In this document: piece after piece, positions 1-10,628 of the stretch
Layout of the letters: every line of letters starts with the position of its first letter
Numbering within the stretch: position 1 is the stretch's first letter
Translations under genes and position numbers: made by a program
Notes under the pieces: model-generated
The model's input: the letters and a program-made list of their open reading frames with translations, nothing else
Told to the model about the DNA's origin: nothing
Databases searched by the model: none
DNA from: Acanthaster planci
Lineage: Eukaryota
Assembly (NCBI RefSeq): GCF_001949145.1
Contig: NW_019091357.1
Location: forward strand, 3,137,735 to 3,157,734
Direction of reading: 5' to 3'
Length of the DNA: 20,000 nucleotides

Positions 1-76
1 ACATAAGTTTGATTCAACTAAAATAGACGTTCACTTATCTTCCTCCTATAATTCGAACGTTATGAGTGTGTGATTG

Positions 77-360
77 GGGAGTCAAATTAGCGTAGCGGTT
101 CTTTCCTCGTCTTCCACCTCTGCAGTCCGGATTCAAACCCCGGCCTGGTCCACAAGTGGATTGGGTTTTCAGTCCTTACCTGATTCCGTGGGTTTTACTC
201 AGAATATTCCTTTGGGGTTTTCCTCCCACCTCTAAAACTGCAACTGCTTCTCATTGTCCCCTTTGTACAGGTTTCTTCAAGCTTGCAAGCTACAGTGCCT
301 GGGGCACTTTGGGGGAATTCTTAGTGTCATTACCAGAAATAACAATAATAATAATAATTA
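77..360 (+). mobile_element. tRNA-derived SINE
   Basis: A-box-like TAGCGTAGCGG (88-98), B-box-like GGATTCAAACC (129-139), body with GGGTTTT...CCTCCCAC.TCTAAAAC typical of invertebrate SINE cores, and an (AAT)n tail at about 338-360. Confidence 0.7.
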
Positions 361-764
361 AGCTTGCTAGATTCTCTAGCAGGCAAGCATCATCGAGTCG
401 CCACAAGAAAAGTGAGAAAAATTTCATCATGCACAAGGTTTCTAATTAGAATTATATAGTAATGTTCGTTTGAAAAGAAAAGTTGATAGTGCTTCAAAGA
501 CAAACACTGCAACATCCTCTGATTGGCTGTTGCATTCAGTAATGGTACAGTGTTGGCTGGTCTATAGACCGACTCACTGACGTCATTACTGCTGTGTCCC
601 TGTTACTTAGGCACGCTTTCCTATGCTTGACGAGCACATGATGTTGGTTAGCAGTGAGCTGCTATTAGCTGACGAGGAAGCATTTAACGCGCGTCTCTTT
701 TGTTCACGTGCGTGGGGACGGCGCAGTAATGGCTCCTAATCCTTGTGACCGGATGGTCTATTAC

Positions 765-3478
765 CTACCAAATGCCTACAAGAGGGTTCAGCCGTTTTGG
801 ATTAGTTGGGTCAAAGTTGGTCGAAGATTGCTGAGTATACGTCATGTTTATTGCAACCTTCGTAGTTTGTGTCTGAGCGGGACTAACTCGACTGACAGAT
901 TCTGTCTGAATACCCTTATCCTCGCTGACAATCCAACCTTCAGTGTGTTTGTGCCTGCTAGTACGTGCGAGTCCAGGATGGGAGACTCTCGTTGATTGGC
1001 TGCCTCGCCTACAGCAGTCGAAACACGAATGTTCAGGTCCAAAAGTCGCACAGAGAGACTGGAAAAAGAACGTGCCATGAATCCAGCTTGAACTCGTGAC
1101 AATCATCCAGTAAACCCCAAACTGATAATAGCTGAGCACTGTGGCTGGAAGAAACAACGCCCCAACCAAGAGCGTTGAAAGACCAGCCATGGTGAGAGCT
1201 GGCGTCGTGGTGATGAGAGAGTAACGCGTGCGCTGCTCACGCTTTTGTAAGGGGGCGAGTTTATAAGCCACCCCATAGTGAATGGTATAATCAACCGGCA
1301 AGCCAACAGCTAAAATGATCATGGTTGCTTGTACAACATTCAGTTCCCATCCAAGCAAGACCAGACTCGCCACTGTGACAAATATGGCACATGTCACAGT
1401 CATCACGGCAAAGACGGTGAGCAAAATATTCCGAATGGTCAGTGCAAGGATTCCGGACGATACTGCCAATGCAATAAGCATGGAATGTAATGTTCCAGAC
1501 GCCAGACTTTGTTGCAGATCGTACAGAAGAATATCGGGGGCAGTCGGGACAAACCAGCCCCTCTGTAAAGGAACTGGCGCCGTTTGTAATGTCTCCTCAA
1601 CCCAAGAATCTGCGGTGGCCCAGAGCTCATTATTTGTCCAATAGTTTAAACCGCTCAGGTAATTTGTACCAAAGATGAGTTTCACCACGGCCAGCTCAGC
1701 ATTATCTCTTCTGAAATACAAACTCGGAAAGAGCCCTTGATTGGCAAATTTATACAAACATGTTTTGAAGAGAGAAGGGTGGTAGGGAAAGACAGGCTGG
1801 TTGCAACACGGTGTCGCATCCTCGCCAGTAAAGGGATCGACACACGAGTCTCGTCGCATGAGCTGCACATAGTCTTCCATAAAACAAGCTGATGGAAAAT
1901 TGGAGTTGTAAAAAGATTGATTCCTGATATTATGACAGAAGTTATAAAACCACGCCTGGTGGTCCCAACTGCTCAACTGGAACTTATTGTCTAAAAGGAG
2001 AGTACCAAAATCACCCGGGTTCCATATGTCACCGTTGTCTACTCCCTGTACACCCCAGAGAATACAGCCTAGGGTGCTTGAGGGCCTGGAACGGGTAGCC
2101 GAGAACTGCTCCTTAAACACAATTTCATGTTGCTCTAAAAAGTTAGAATCGACGTAAAATTGAAGACTGGGAGATTGAGGCACTTTCAAACGTGGAAAAT
2201 AAAACACGACAACCCCACTTGCAGACATTAACAACAGGAAAAGAATAATCCACAGGAATCTCAGTTTCAGCACAAAAAAGGGAATGAGTTCGCAGTAAAC
2301 CATTTTCACTGGTTTAATAATTTTGACAAAGACGTTATACCTCAGGTTTAGGTCCCGCAACGGCGAGCACCACCAAACCCGGACTTTTTGTTGCATTACA
2401 ATAGCCGACGGGAGCAAACCCATTGTCAAAAAGAAATTCATGATGATGGCAGTACCGGCAAAGAGTGCGAAGCACCTCACAACAGTTACAGGGCTGACTA
2501 CCGCTGCGTAGAGTGCCGCTGCGGTGGTAAAGCTGGTCACAAGCATCGTGGCGAACGCATGACGGAGGGTCTCGTGCACGAGTCTTATCAAGTCTTGGTC
2601 GCCAAACTCCGACCGACACTTCTTCCAGAAGTCCATGAAGACAAACGTGTCATCCATCCCAACTCCAATTATCAAGACGATAGCCATGGTATTGGCAATC
2701 GGGAAGAAAGGCCGCAGCAACACTACTGTGTATATGAAGTCGGCTAAGGCGAGCGAGAAGATGATGATCAAAGAAGCTGACAGTGTCACTAAGAATGAAC
2801 TTGTGTAAGCCCAAGACAGGAAGAAAACAGCTACGGACGCAAAACACAGGAAGAGGCTATCAGCAAAGAAGTAATCGGAAAACATACTTGACTTGATGAA
2901 AAAGTTGACCGCCCTGAGCTTTGTTATTCCGTTTGAATCTGGCTGAACTAATATTTTCTCCTTGTAAATGGTTTTTAGGACAGTTCCAGCGCTGTCTCCA
3001 AACACGGGGAAATAGACTACAGTTATCGGGGATGACAGGGGTGTGACGTTTCTCATGAGGTTCAGACTAAATTCTGTCGGGAGGAGGTAGTAGAGGATAC
3101 TGTGGACGGCGAAATCATGTTGACCGCAGATGTCAGGGATAGAGTTGGAAATAGTCTTGGCCTGCATTTCCTGCCCTGATATGTTAAAAACCGACGATGC
3201 ACAGAGTGCCAGCAAACCCACGGTTTGTTCAATGTCCTCTTCTGTGATATCTTCACAGGACGAGCGGTTGGACAAGAGCGCGATATAGTTTCCCACGGAC
3301 CAGGCAAGCGGGGGAGACTTGCCATTGCCGCAGCCGAGAGAACCCCCTTGGTAAGAAGGATGAGATGTTACGAACCGCCTCTCTTCTCGGCAAACGGATT
3401 TGACGGCCTCCGGCGTCATGATGTTGCTGCCGCTGACTGATTCAAACACCAAGTGAGGCAGATCGTCATCCCAAAGCC
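765..3478 (-). CDS. DISP1-like: Dispatched-like protein, copy A, large terminal coding exon (exon 4): rest of ECD1, sterol-sensing domain, ECD2, TM8-12, C-tail
   Basis: 895-aa ORF with Dispatched hallmarks: SHPSY...WSVGNYIALLSNRSSC, TM4 GVGMDDTFV, TLRHAFATMLVTSFTTAAA, WGVQGVDNGDIWNP, RGWF...YDLQQSL, LGWELN, TM10 GLPVDYTIHYG. Acceptor (minus strand ttcttgcgatcttgcAG, AG at 3480-3479) gives a phase-1 start at 3478 that matches the upstream exon. The ORF-track TTG start at 3452 is not the real start. Confidence 0.93.
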
Positions 3479-3540
3479 CTGCAAGATCGCAAGAACAAGT
3501 GAAGGTCTAGTCTGATTTTTGGACGCCATTTATTGACATA

Positions 3541-3703
3541 ATCCAGTTCCTAAGTGTGACGTCACTTCAATTCAAACCATTCCCAATGAACACAGAGCTA
3601 CATGGAACCCGAAGGTAACGCGCAACTTGAGTGCTCATCCAATGGAAGCTTGCAATCAGTGGTGCATGCACGTGTATGTGACGAAGCCTCTTACGAACCG
3701 GAT
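3541..3703. mobile_element. Small MITE-like element in the last intron of copy A
   Basis: Imperfect ~25-bp terminal inverted repeats: ATCCAGTTCCTAAGTGTGACGTCAC versus the reverse complement of the right end, ATCCGGTTCGTAAGAGGCTTCGTCAC. Confidence 0.5.
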
Positions 3704-3899
3704 ATGCTTAAGAAAACTCCCTAATTGTCCATTCAGGAGGAAAGAAGGAAACTGAGATCGACTTTGTTTTTATCAAAAGTACCAGTTTGGGGGAATTGGA
3801 AACTGAAGGTCTCACTGGAATGGTCAGATACCTTTAAGTGACACTCAAGGGCTTGGTGTCCAAGACTCATCTTTTTATTTAAGGGAAATAAATACTCAC

Positions 3900-4122
3900 G
3901 CGCTGATTTACAGAATGGGTTGCCTTGGTCATTTTCCAGACTCGCCCACCGTTTGATTCTTGCTTGATGCAACAGCTTGTCTCCTTTCAAGGAGTGGTTG
4001 GCAGATGCTTGCCTCAATCCTGCATCCGAGGGACGGGATACCAGTGACTCCTCAGACTGCATTAACAGATTATGAAGACTGAACACACGTGAGGCGATGG
4101 CCGTCCCTCGAGCTTCAAAGCC
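3900..4122 (-). CDS. DISP1-like: Dispatched-like copy A, coding exon 3
   Basis: Translates GFEARGTAIASRVFSLHNL...QARIKRWAS...NPFCKSA, matching the Dispatched GFEPRGT motif and the conserved FC. Acceptor ctttatttcAG (4124-4123), donor GTGAGT (3899-3894). 223 nt, phase 0 to phase 1. Confidence 0.9.
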
Positions 4123-4643
4123 CTGAAATAAAGCGAGAGGACAAGCTCATAGTAGTGTGGAACTACGCGTTGGAGTATCACCATTTTGCAGACTGCATTT
4201 AGAAACTGTTACAGGAAAAATCTACCGGGCGCAAGAAAGACGATGGGAGTGTGAATCTTAAGATTTCGAAATAAGCATCATCTACTGTTTAGGAGTTATC
4301 TGAGATGGTCTCTCGTGATTATGAATAGCCTGTATATATTTGATGTAGGTAAGACTTGTGTATCAAGCAATGAATTTGGGTTGTTCCATTCCTCTTGCAT
4401 AACCATAAAAGTGCTAGCTGCCATGCATTTTGTTGCAGGAGCTTCATTGACCCCCGAGGGTGCACTAATTCTTTGACTTTTTGGGGTGAGGTGTACTTGT
4501 CCACCCCCTTGTATAGTTTCAGTGTGTATTCAGCATTAAACTGAGAGTGTGTCGGATGCTTTCGTGAGAAAACAGTGCATACCAACTTAGCATTTTTATG
4601 AAAACACAGTGTTATGGCATTTGCCTTCTAAATAGACGCGATT

Positions 4644-4899
4644 AAGGGCGGAACCAGGGGCGGGACTTAGGGGGGCCATGCAGTCCACCCCCCAACACAT
4701 TATGATAAATAAGGGATAGGCAAAGTTGTGATTAAGTTGATTTCCCTTCCTTCAGAAAGTGTGTCCTTCAAAAGCCAACAAATGCAACCCCACTCCTCAG
4801 AAAGGCAATACAAGATAACATTTAAAAAGTTTACATTTTTACCCTCCCCCCCCAAAAAAAGAGTTGGGACCGAACAATATGGCTCTGAACCCGCCTTTG
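4644..4899. mobile_element. Possible degenerate hAT-like MITE in intron 2 of copy A
   Basis: Ends TAAGGGCGGAACCAG and (reverse complement) CAAAGGCGGGTTCAG with internal G and C runs. No TSD visible. Confidence 0.3.
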
Positions 4900-5131
4900 A
4901 GTAGACACTTGGTATCAAATACGTATTTGAAAACGAAAAAATGCTATGTGTATGCCCTTAAATAGCTCGGAATACTCGTTGGGCTGTTTTTAATTAATTT
5001 TGGTTTCACCGAGTACTTCCCTTTCAATAAATTATCACTGTGTAGACATTCATCATAGCAAAAATAACCTTGTCATTACACTTTGAAGTCCTTTTTTCAC
5101 CTCCTGCAAGGGCAACAAAATCAATCATTAC

Positions 5132-5255
5132 CTTCGTGGGGTCTGCGAAATCCGGGAGTTCGTACAAGGTGAAGGTGAGGGCGGCCATAACAGACGCGAG
5201 TACCAAGACGAGGATGCCAACGACGTACCAGAAACGAGCCAGGACCCTCGCAAAA
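5132..5255 (-). CDS. DISP1-like: Dispatched-like copy A, coding exon 2 (TM1)
   Basis: Translates FARVLARFWYVVGILVLVLASVMAALTFTLYELPDFADPTK: TM1 followed by the Dispatched LPDFxDP motif. Acceptor ccttttttgtgaccAG (5257-5256), donor GTAATG (5131-5126). 124 nt, phase 2 to phase 0, joining as DPTK|GFEARGT. Confidence 0.9.
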
Positions 5256-6505
5256 CTGGTCACAAAAAAGGAACCGGACAACAAACTCCTTGTGGGATCC
5301 AGAATTGAATAAAATAATGCACACTTGGGGGGTAAATGTGAACTTCAAGTTCAAAGGTGGCATACCAACGGGAACGCTACAAATTGAAGACAATAACAAG
5401 AACTTCGCTCTGTTGTCGCGTGAGGTAATAAATTCCGAAGCTATTTTGACCTTTTAAGTGCTACAAGGGGAGGTAACTATGTCCACTTTAAAAGCTACTG
5501 GGAAATCAACATGGTTAAACAGACAATGATAACATGTAGACATTCTGGCGCAAAACTGCAGTAGTCTACAGCATTCAAAAGAAATCCCACGAATGGACTG
5601 TTGCTATTTATATTTCGCCACCAAAATGACAAAATACAGAGAAGGTTTCACATGTAAAATCTTAATCCTCACCGACACACCTACGTGTATAATTAAGCGT
5701 TAACAGCACAAGCAAGGAATGAACACTGTTAACTTTTCTTTTCAACATGAAACGAACGCGACAAATTTTACCAGAGTTCAGCTCTTTTGCGATTTACCGC
5801 CTTTATTGCAGGATACTTCTTTGTGTTATGGCCTTCATGTAAAGTGTACAGGAATTTGTACAGAAAAGAACCCCGTGGCACTTTTTTAAACTGACTTTTG
5901 CGGGGTGCTCGGTGCAACCAACACCCCCACAACTTCTGTATTATTAATTAAGGTTTTGTAAACGTGTTAAGTGCAAATTCATGTTTGGCGGCAAATTGAG
6001 AGTGAATTTGACTTGACAGACTCTCTGGAGAAATTCTCCAAAGTTGAAGTGTTTTTAACTTTTATATTAAAAAAAATGGACTCGGCACTCACATACGTAG
6101 ATCCTATATGATACTGGTATGGGTCCCCTTATAACGCTATTCAACCGCATTTATTTCTATATAGTCCCCAAACAGAGACCCCTATGCATATTCTTCAACA
6201 TCCTTAATTTGCCACCAGTTCTTCGTGCTTCAACCTCTATATTCAGTGAGGCCTCTGACTTTTGAGATTTGCCATGGATTTATGTTGATGTTTGCTTTTA
6301 CCCAACCAATGATGGCGTGAATACAAGTCAGGGGTCTTCTCGTTTCTGTCCAAACATTAAGACTTACATGTGCAGTTTTTCCTACGTCAGAGACGCAGCG
6401 TTAGCCAAAAACAAGCCGTTCTTTGGGGAGCCCAAGTTACCACTATTCCTAACTTATAGTTTAAGAGCATCTTTCTCATACGTGAGCAATATGCAATGTA
6501 CTCAC

Positions 6506-6672
6506 CAGTAGCAGACACCATCCGGTGTAACTTCCTCCTGGGTTGTTTCTTTGTCCTCTCCCTGTTCACGGTTTGGTCCCCAGTCCAAGGCAAGCGGTTG
6601 TGATGGGCGTTTTTCCGACTCTATGCGGCTGTCCGCTCTGGACACTGATGTGCTCTGACGGGCATGAGCCAT
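6506..6672 (-). CDS. DISP1-like: Dispatched-like copy A, probable first coding exon (short cytoplasmic N-terminus)
   Basis: ATG in good context (agcATGG) with an in-frame stop upstream. Encodes hydrophilic MAHARQSTS...PDGVCY, then TG|GTGAGT, a consensus donor in phase 2, which is what exon 2 requires. No homology support, only phase and splice signal. Confidence 0.6.
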
Positions 6673-8183
6673 GCTGCGCCGATTCTGCCGACGAACCAAA
6701 GAACTCAACCGGGTTCCTGCTTCAAATATCCTGGACGCACTGCTTCAAATCGGCAATGTGTCGAAGGCAACCTTCGTCGGACCACATTCCTGAACGGGGA
6801 AGCAATTTCAAATGACGCCCTCAAATAGCTTCAGTGATTGCTTTGCCCTGTTTTCATTCGCTTGCTGGCAAAGAAGAAGCAAACGTCAGCAGGCTTCATA
6901 TAAACCAATACTGAGACTAGCTTAATAGGTCAAGCTAGTGAATATTAAGTCATGAAGTGCAAGACCAAAACAGCGCTGCCTAAAAAAAACTGTTCCTGAA
7001 TGGATTCCAACCGATAACGGATGAATGCATCCAAAACAATGAAATGATCTTGACTGAACCTCACAACACAGTTCCACACAGTACAGGCATATATATAAAC
7101 TTATTTGAAAACAGTTGTGGTTTTAAGTGAGTGTCACTTGGACCAAGTATAGCATTATAATGTTCTCCCTGTTCGATTGTTTATTTTGAAGAGCAACTTG
7201 TGGGGTTGTTCATACACCCAAACGGGTTTTCCCTGTGGCTTACAAATCATAAATAAAATGCATTGCATCAACAGTGTCTTCAGGATCGAGTTGAGCAACT
7301 TGCGTGGGGGGACGTGCCCCCAAGCTGATATATGTGCGTCTTCACTTCTCCAGGTGTGTTCGACATTTCTAAATGAACGAAACCTGTATAGTTTGAGGTG
7401 GTGACATATGAGTCTCTTTCGTGATTGGGGATGTGAAGAGAATCCCTGGTGATGGACCCAACGTTTCGGAGAGTATGCCCTGTCAGGAGACGACGGACAG
7501 ACTGCAGTTTATTTGCCTCTTATCCCTCTGGCATAAATGTTTGTACTCTCAAGCCCCCGCCCCCAAGTTTCAACCAAACTAGGCCCCTAGTCCCAGTGCA
7601 GAAATAGACAAAAATATCTTCGAAATTTCTTGCATCGCTGAATATCCTGATGCTTAATTGTCTACAATGAGGAGCAGTCAAAGTCAAACACGGTTCAAAG
7701 TTATTCATTTTGGGTTTTATAACTCGTGCAATCGTTTGACGCACTATGACCGGTCTCTTTCTTGAGTTGAAGGCGTTTAAAGGGAACCAGGGAACAGTGT
7801 GTTCGATTTCTTCCCGTGATGTCGTCGTGGGTTTGGAGAGAATGTGCAATGTGACAAACGAACGATCTTGGGTTACCTGATTAAAGGTGATGCAGAAATT
7901 AAATGTTAACACAACCTTTAATCTACTTTAACATGAGCAAGTTTGTCACTAAATGCAACGATTTTTGGAACGGCATCAACTTCCTTTGCATCTTTCAAAC
8001 TAAGCCAAGAAACTACACCAAGAAACAGGCTTGGCGGGTCGGTTACTTGGGCCAGGCCTGAAAAGGGGGGGGGAGTCACGAGTGTCAAATCAAACGCTCG
8101 ATTAAGCGCGGGGGGGTTATTGAATACACAATTGATTGATATAATAAACACTCGTCTGCAAGGTGGGCGATTCGCGTATAATG

Positions 8184-8395
8184 TGTGATGTGATCTGCGA
8201 GAACCCTTAACATGGTGAGCTTCTGGACACTGTCCTGTTTTCAAAACTGCTTAAATCGTGATTCTAGTAAAGCCTGGAATCATAAACGTAATATATCTGA
8301 AAGCAAGAGTGTTTCCATATTAATTTCAAGTTTAAATTATATGCTCCCAATTGACAAGGCTCACCATGTGAAGAGTTTTCGCACATCACGTCACA
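8184..8395. mobile_element. Non-autonomous DNA transposon (MITE) with ~37-bp TIRs
   Basis: TGTGATGTGATCTGCGAGAACCCTTAACATGGTGAGC (8184-8220) versus the reverse complement of 8359-8395, TGTGACGTGATGTGCGAAAACTCTTCACATGGTGAGC. Confidence 0.7.
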
Positions 8396-8560
8396 TCGCA
8401 TTATGGTCTACTTATCTGTCTGGGTTGCAGACCATGCACCGAAAACAGCGCCCCCAGCTGTTATTAGAACTCTCTCGTCACACGGTCCGGCTGCATCCGA
8501 ATCTGTTGTCTAGGACTACACAGAGACGCGTAGACAATAGACGTAGTCGTAGCTCTGGAA

Positions 8561-8810
8561 CACGGACGTATATAAAAAAAACCTGGACTTGCAACGCCTT
8601 TGTATGAAAAAGAAGCCAACCAGCGGCCATTTTACCGAGCCGAATACAAAAGCGTGGGCGGTTCCCTTCTATTGACGCCAGGAAGAACAACGGTGGGCAT
8701 TGCCGGAAAAGCTTTGTATTCGGCTCGGAAAAATGGCTGCGGGTTGATTCAATGACTCTATGAGCTGATTAAGGGCAGTGCGAGTCCAGATTTTATTATA
8801 CACGTCCGTG
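8561..8810. mobile_element. 250-bp fold-back MITE with 8-bp TSD (hAT- or P-like)
   Basis: TIR CACGGACGT(A/G)TATAA.AAAA.CTGGACT.GCA at both ends. A second internal inverted repeat (GCCATTTT.CCGAGCCGAATACAAA). Perfect direct repeat CTCTGGAA at 8553-8560 and 8811-8818. Confidence 0.88.
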
Positions 8811-9222
8811 CTCTGGAAGCCCATTTCGGACACGGCCTTAATGTTGTGTTTATGTTATGCCCTAACCAGATCGTATGCACTTCTTCCCACAATTATAGTG
8901 TCCAGACGTACTTCGCAGGTCCAATGTAGGGACCTGTGGAGGGGATGAATTCCGGAGGAAATAACCTGGGTTGATGTCAACCCAAACCCCCTAGGATGTA
9001 TGTAAAATCATATGCAAAATAAATCAGGGCATTAGGGCTATTGAGGAAATACAAGGGGTGATCAATAAATGATGGCGGATAAACGATTTTGCTTCTCATT
9101 CATTTTAGGTGAACACAATTTCCTTTATACATTGCCTGTTCGCGTCATTTTGCAAGGTAATCGGTGATATGAAGTTAATCAATAGCAAGAGACTGAACCA
9201 TTTCATGTGTCTTGCTCTGCAG

Positions 9223-10071
9223 GTGAACATTGACGAGTGGCTGCAGGAACAAGACTTCCAGAGGAGGCGAGTTAAGAGTACCTGCGATACACTTCGGCAT
9301 CAAGGCATTCCAGACCTACACTATAATCTGACCCGAGATGTTCTGAGGAAACTCGACCACCTTCTCGTTCTAGATTCCCACAAGCTAATTTACTGCTACA
9401 TTCCTAAGGTGGGCTGCACCGGTTGGAAGCGCATATTTCTACTGCTCCTCGGTCGATTCCAGAAAATGGAAGACATCTCGAATAACCGGGCACACTACAC
9501 GAAGATACCTCGGCTCTCACAATACTCGATGAAAGAAGCTAAAAGGCGATTGGACGAATACACCACTATCATGTTTACGCGGGAACCACTTCAGCGGGTG
9601 ATCTCCTGTTACCGGGACAAGTTTGAGAGGGAGAGCGCCGAGAACCGATTGATACAGAGGGCAGTCTTCGAAAAACTACGGCCATACCTGAACTCGACGA
9701 AATCGGTCGCGGGCCGGGGAACCTTCACGAAGGTCCAGTTCGCGGAGTTCGTCCGGTACGTGAGCGACCCTCGCAGTGTATTCCACAGCTACGACGCCAC
9801 GGAGCACTGGAAAGAGATGTACAAGATGTGCCACCCGTGTTTGCTCCGTTATAACTACACCGGCCGGTTTGAACACCTGACGAGGGACTCCGATATCATC
9901 CTGGAAGAAACAGGCCTGAGAAAATTCGTCTCCTTTCCGAAGTCCACTAATCCTACGAATACCTCTGGTCAAGCAACTTTGGAAAAGTACATGTCTCAAC
10001 TCCAAGAAGCTGATATCACTGCACTCAAGCACCGCTACGAGATAGATACATTGTTTGGATCAATGAGCTAG
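9223..10071 (+). CDS. CHST11-like: Carbohydrate sulfotransferase (Sulfotransfer_2; CHST8-14/HNK-1-ST family, CHST11-like), terminal catalytic exon
   Basis: 5'-PSB motif YCYIPKVGCTGWKR, 3'-PB motif FTREPLQRVISCYRDKF, plus F.EFV.Y, EHW....CHPC, YTGRFEHL..D and C-terminal Y..D.LFG. Acceptor tgtcttgctctgcAG (9221-9222), phase 0. Stop TAG ends at 10071. Confidence 0.9.
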   Translation: MNIDEWLQEQDFQRRRVKSTCDTLRHQGIPDLHYNLTRDVLRKLDHLLVLDSHKLIYCYIPKVGCTGWKRIFLLLLGRFQKMEDISNNRAHYTKIPRLSQYSMKEAKRRLDEYTTIMFTREPLQRVISCYRDKFERESAENRLIQRAVFEKLRPYLNSTKSVAGRGTFTKVQFAEFVRYVSDPRSVFHSYDATEHWKEMYKMCHPCLLRYNYTGRFEHLTRDSDIILEETGLRKFVSFPKSTNPTNTSGQATLEKYMSQLQEADITALKHRYEIDTLFGSMS

Positions 10072-10183
10072 TTCGGTATTACTAGAGCGCTTGGAAGCGC
10101 GTCCAAGGTCATTTTCGAAGCAGCAATACGAGCGCTCCAGGTCTGCCCTATGAGAGTCGACTCTGCATCGTACTTCGTTGTCG

Positions 10184-10189
10184 AATAAA
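10184..10189 (+). promoter_or_regulatory. Candidate polyadenylation signal of the sulfotransferase
   Basis: AATAAA about 113 nt after the stop codon. Position only. Confidence 0.35.
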
Positions 10190-10628
10190 CTCGCTATTTT
10201 GAAATATTACGCTTGATCATTATTCCGTTCCTACAAAATGTCTTACACGCGATTCATTTATTTCGAGTTTAAAGTGGCTAGATACGTAAAATATGCTCAC
10301 CGCAAACCACCATGTGACTTCTGTTTCAGGTGAACATAGTTCGCATTGCATTCTGTAGCGATGTTATCAAGTCTTCTCCAAATTTGACCTTTAATCAAAA
10401 GCTCGTTGCACTTTGCAATTTTTCAAAACGCTAGTATACAAATATTGACTGTTTCGAGTTGTGTGGTAAAACCAGCCTCCCCAAGTGATCCGTAGAGCTC
10501 TCTTTTCCAGAGAAGAAGCCAGGTGAAAAGAGTATGCTCGGCCGAGGGAGACCAGTTTTACTATACCAAGAGATAAAGCAGTCAATATGTTTTATAACAC
10601 CTCGCCCATAGGTTTAAGCTATGAGCCG

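Noticed and set aside
1103..3440. Short antisense and alternate-frame ORFs over the Disp and CHST exons (also 9676-10032 and 16278-18715)
   Set aside because: Shadow ORFs of GC-rich coding sequence with no recognisable motifs.
765..3478. The 2.7-kb intronless ORFs as bacterial RND genes or retrocopies
   Set aside because: Both have upstream spliceosomal exons in matching phases, and a very large terminal exon is normal for Dispatched.
6087..6092. GTGAGT donor on the minus strand as an alternative first exon of copy A
   Set aside because: No convincing start or reading frame upstream. The donor at 6505 fits better.
7520..8690. ORFs of 70-131 aa between Disp A and the sulfotransferase
   Set aside because: No recognisable domain or TM anchor, and several overlap MITEs.
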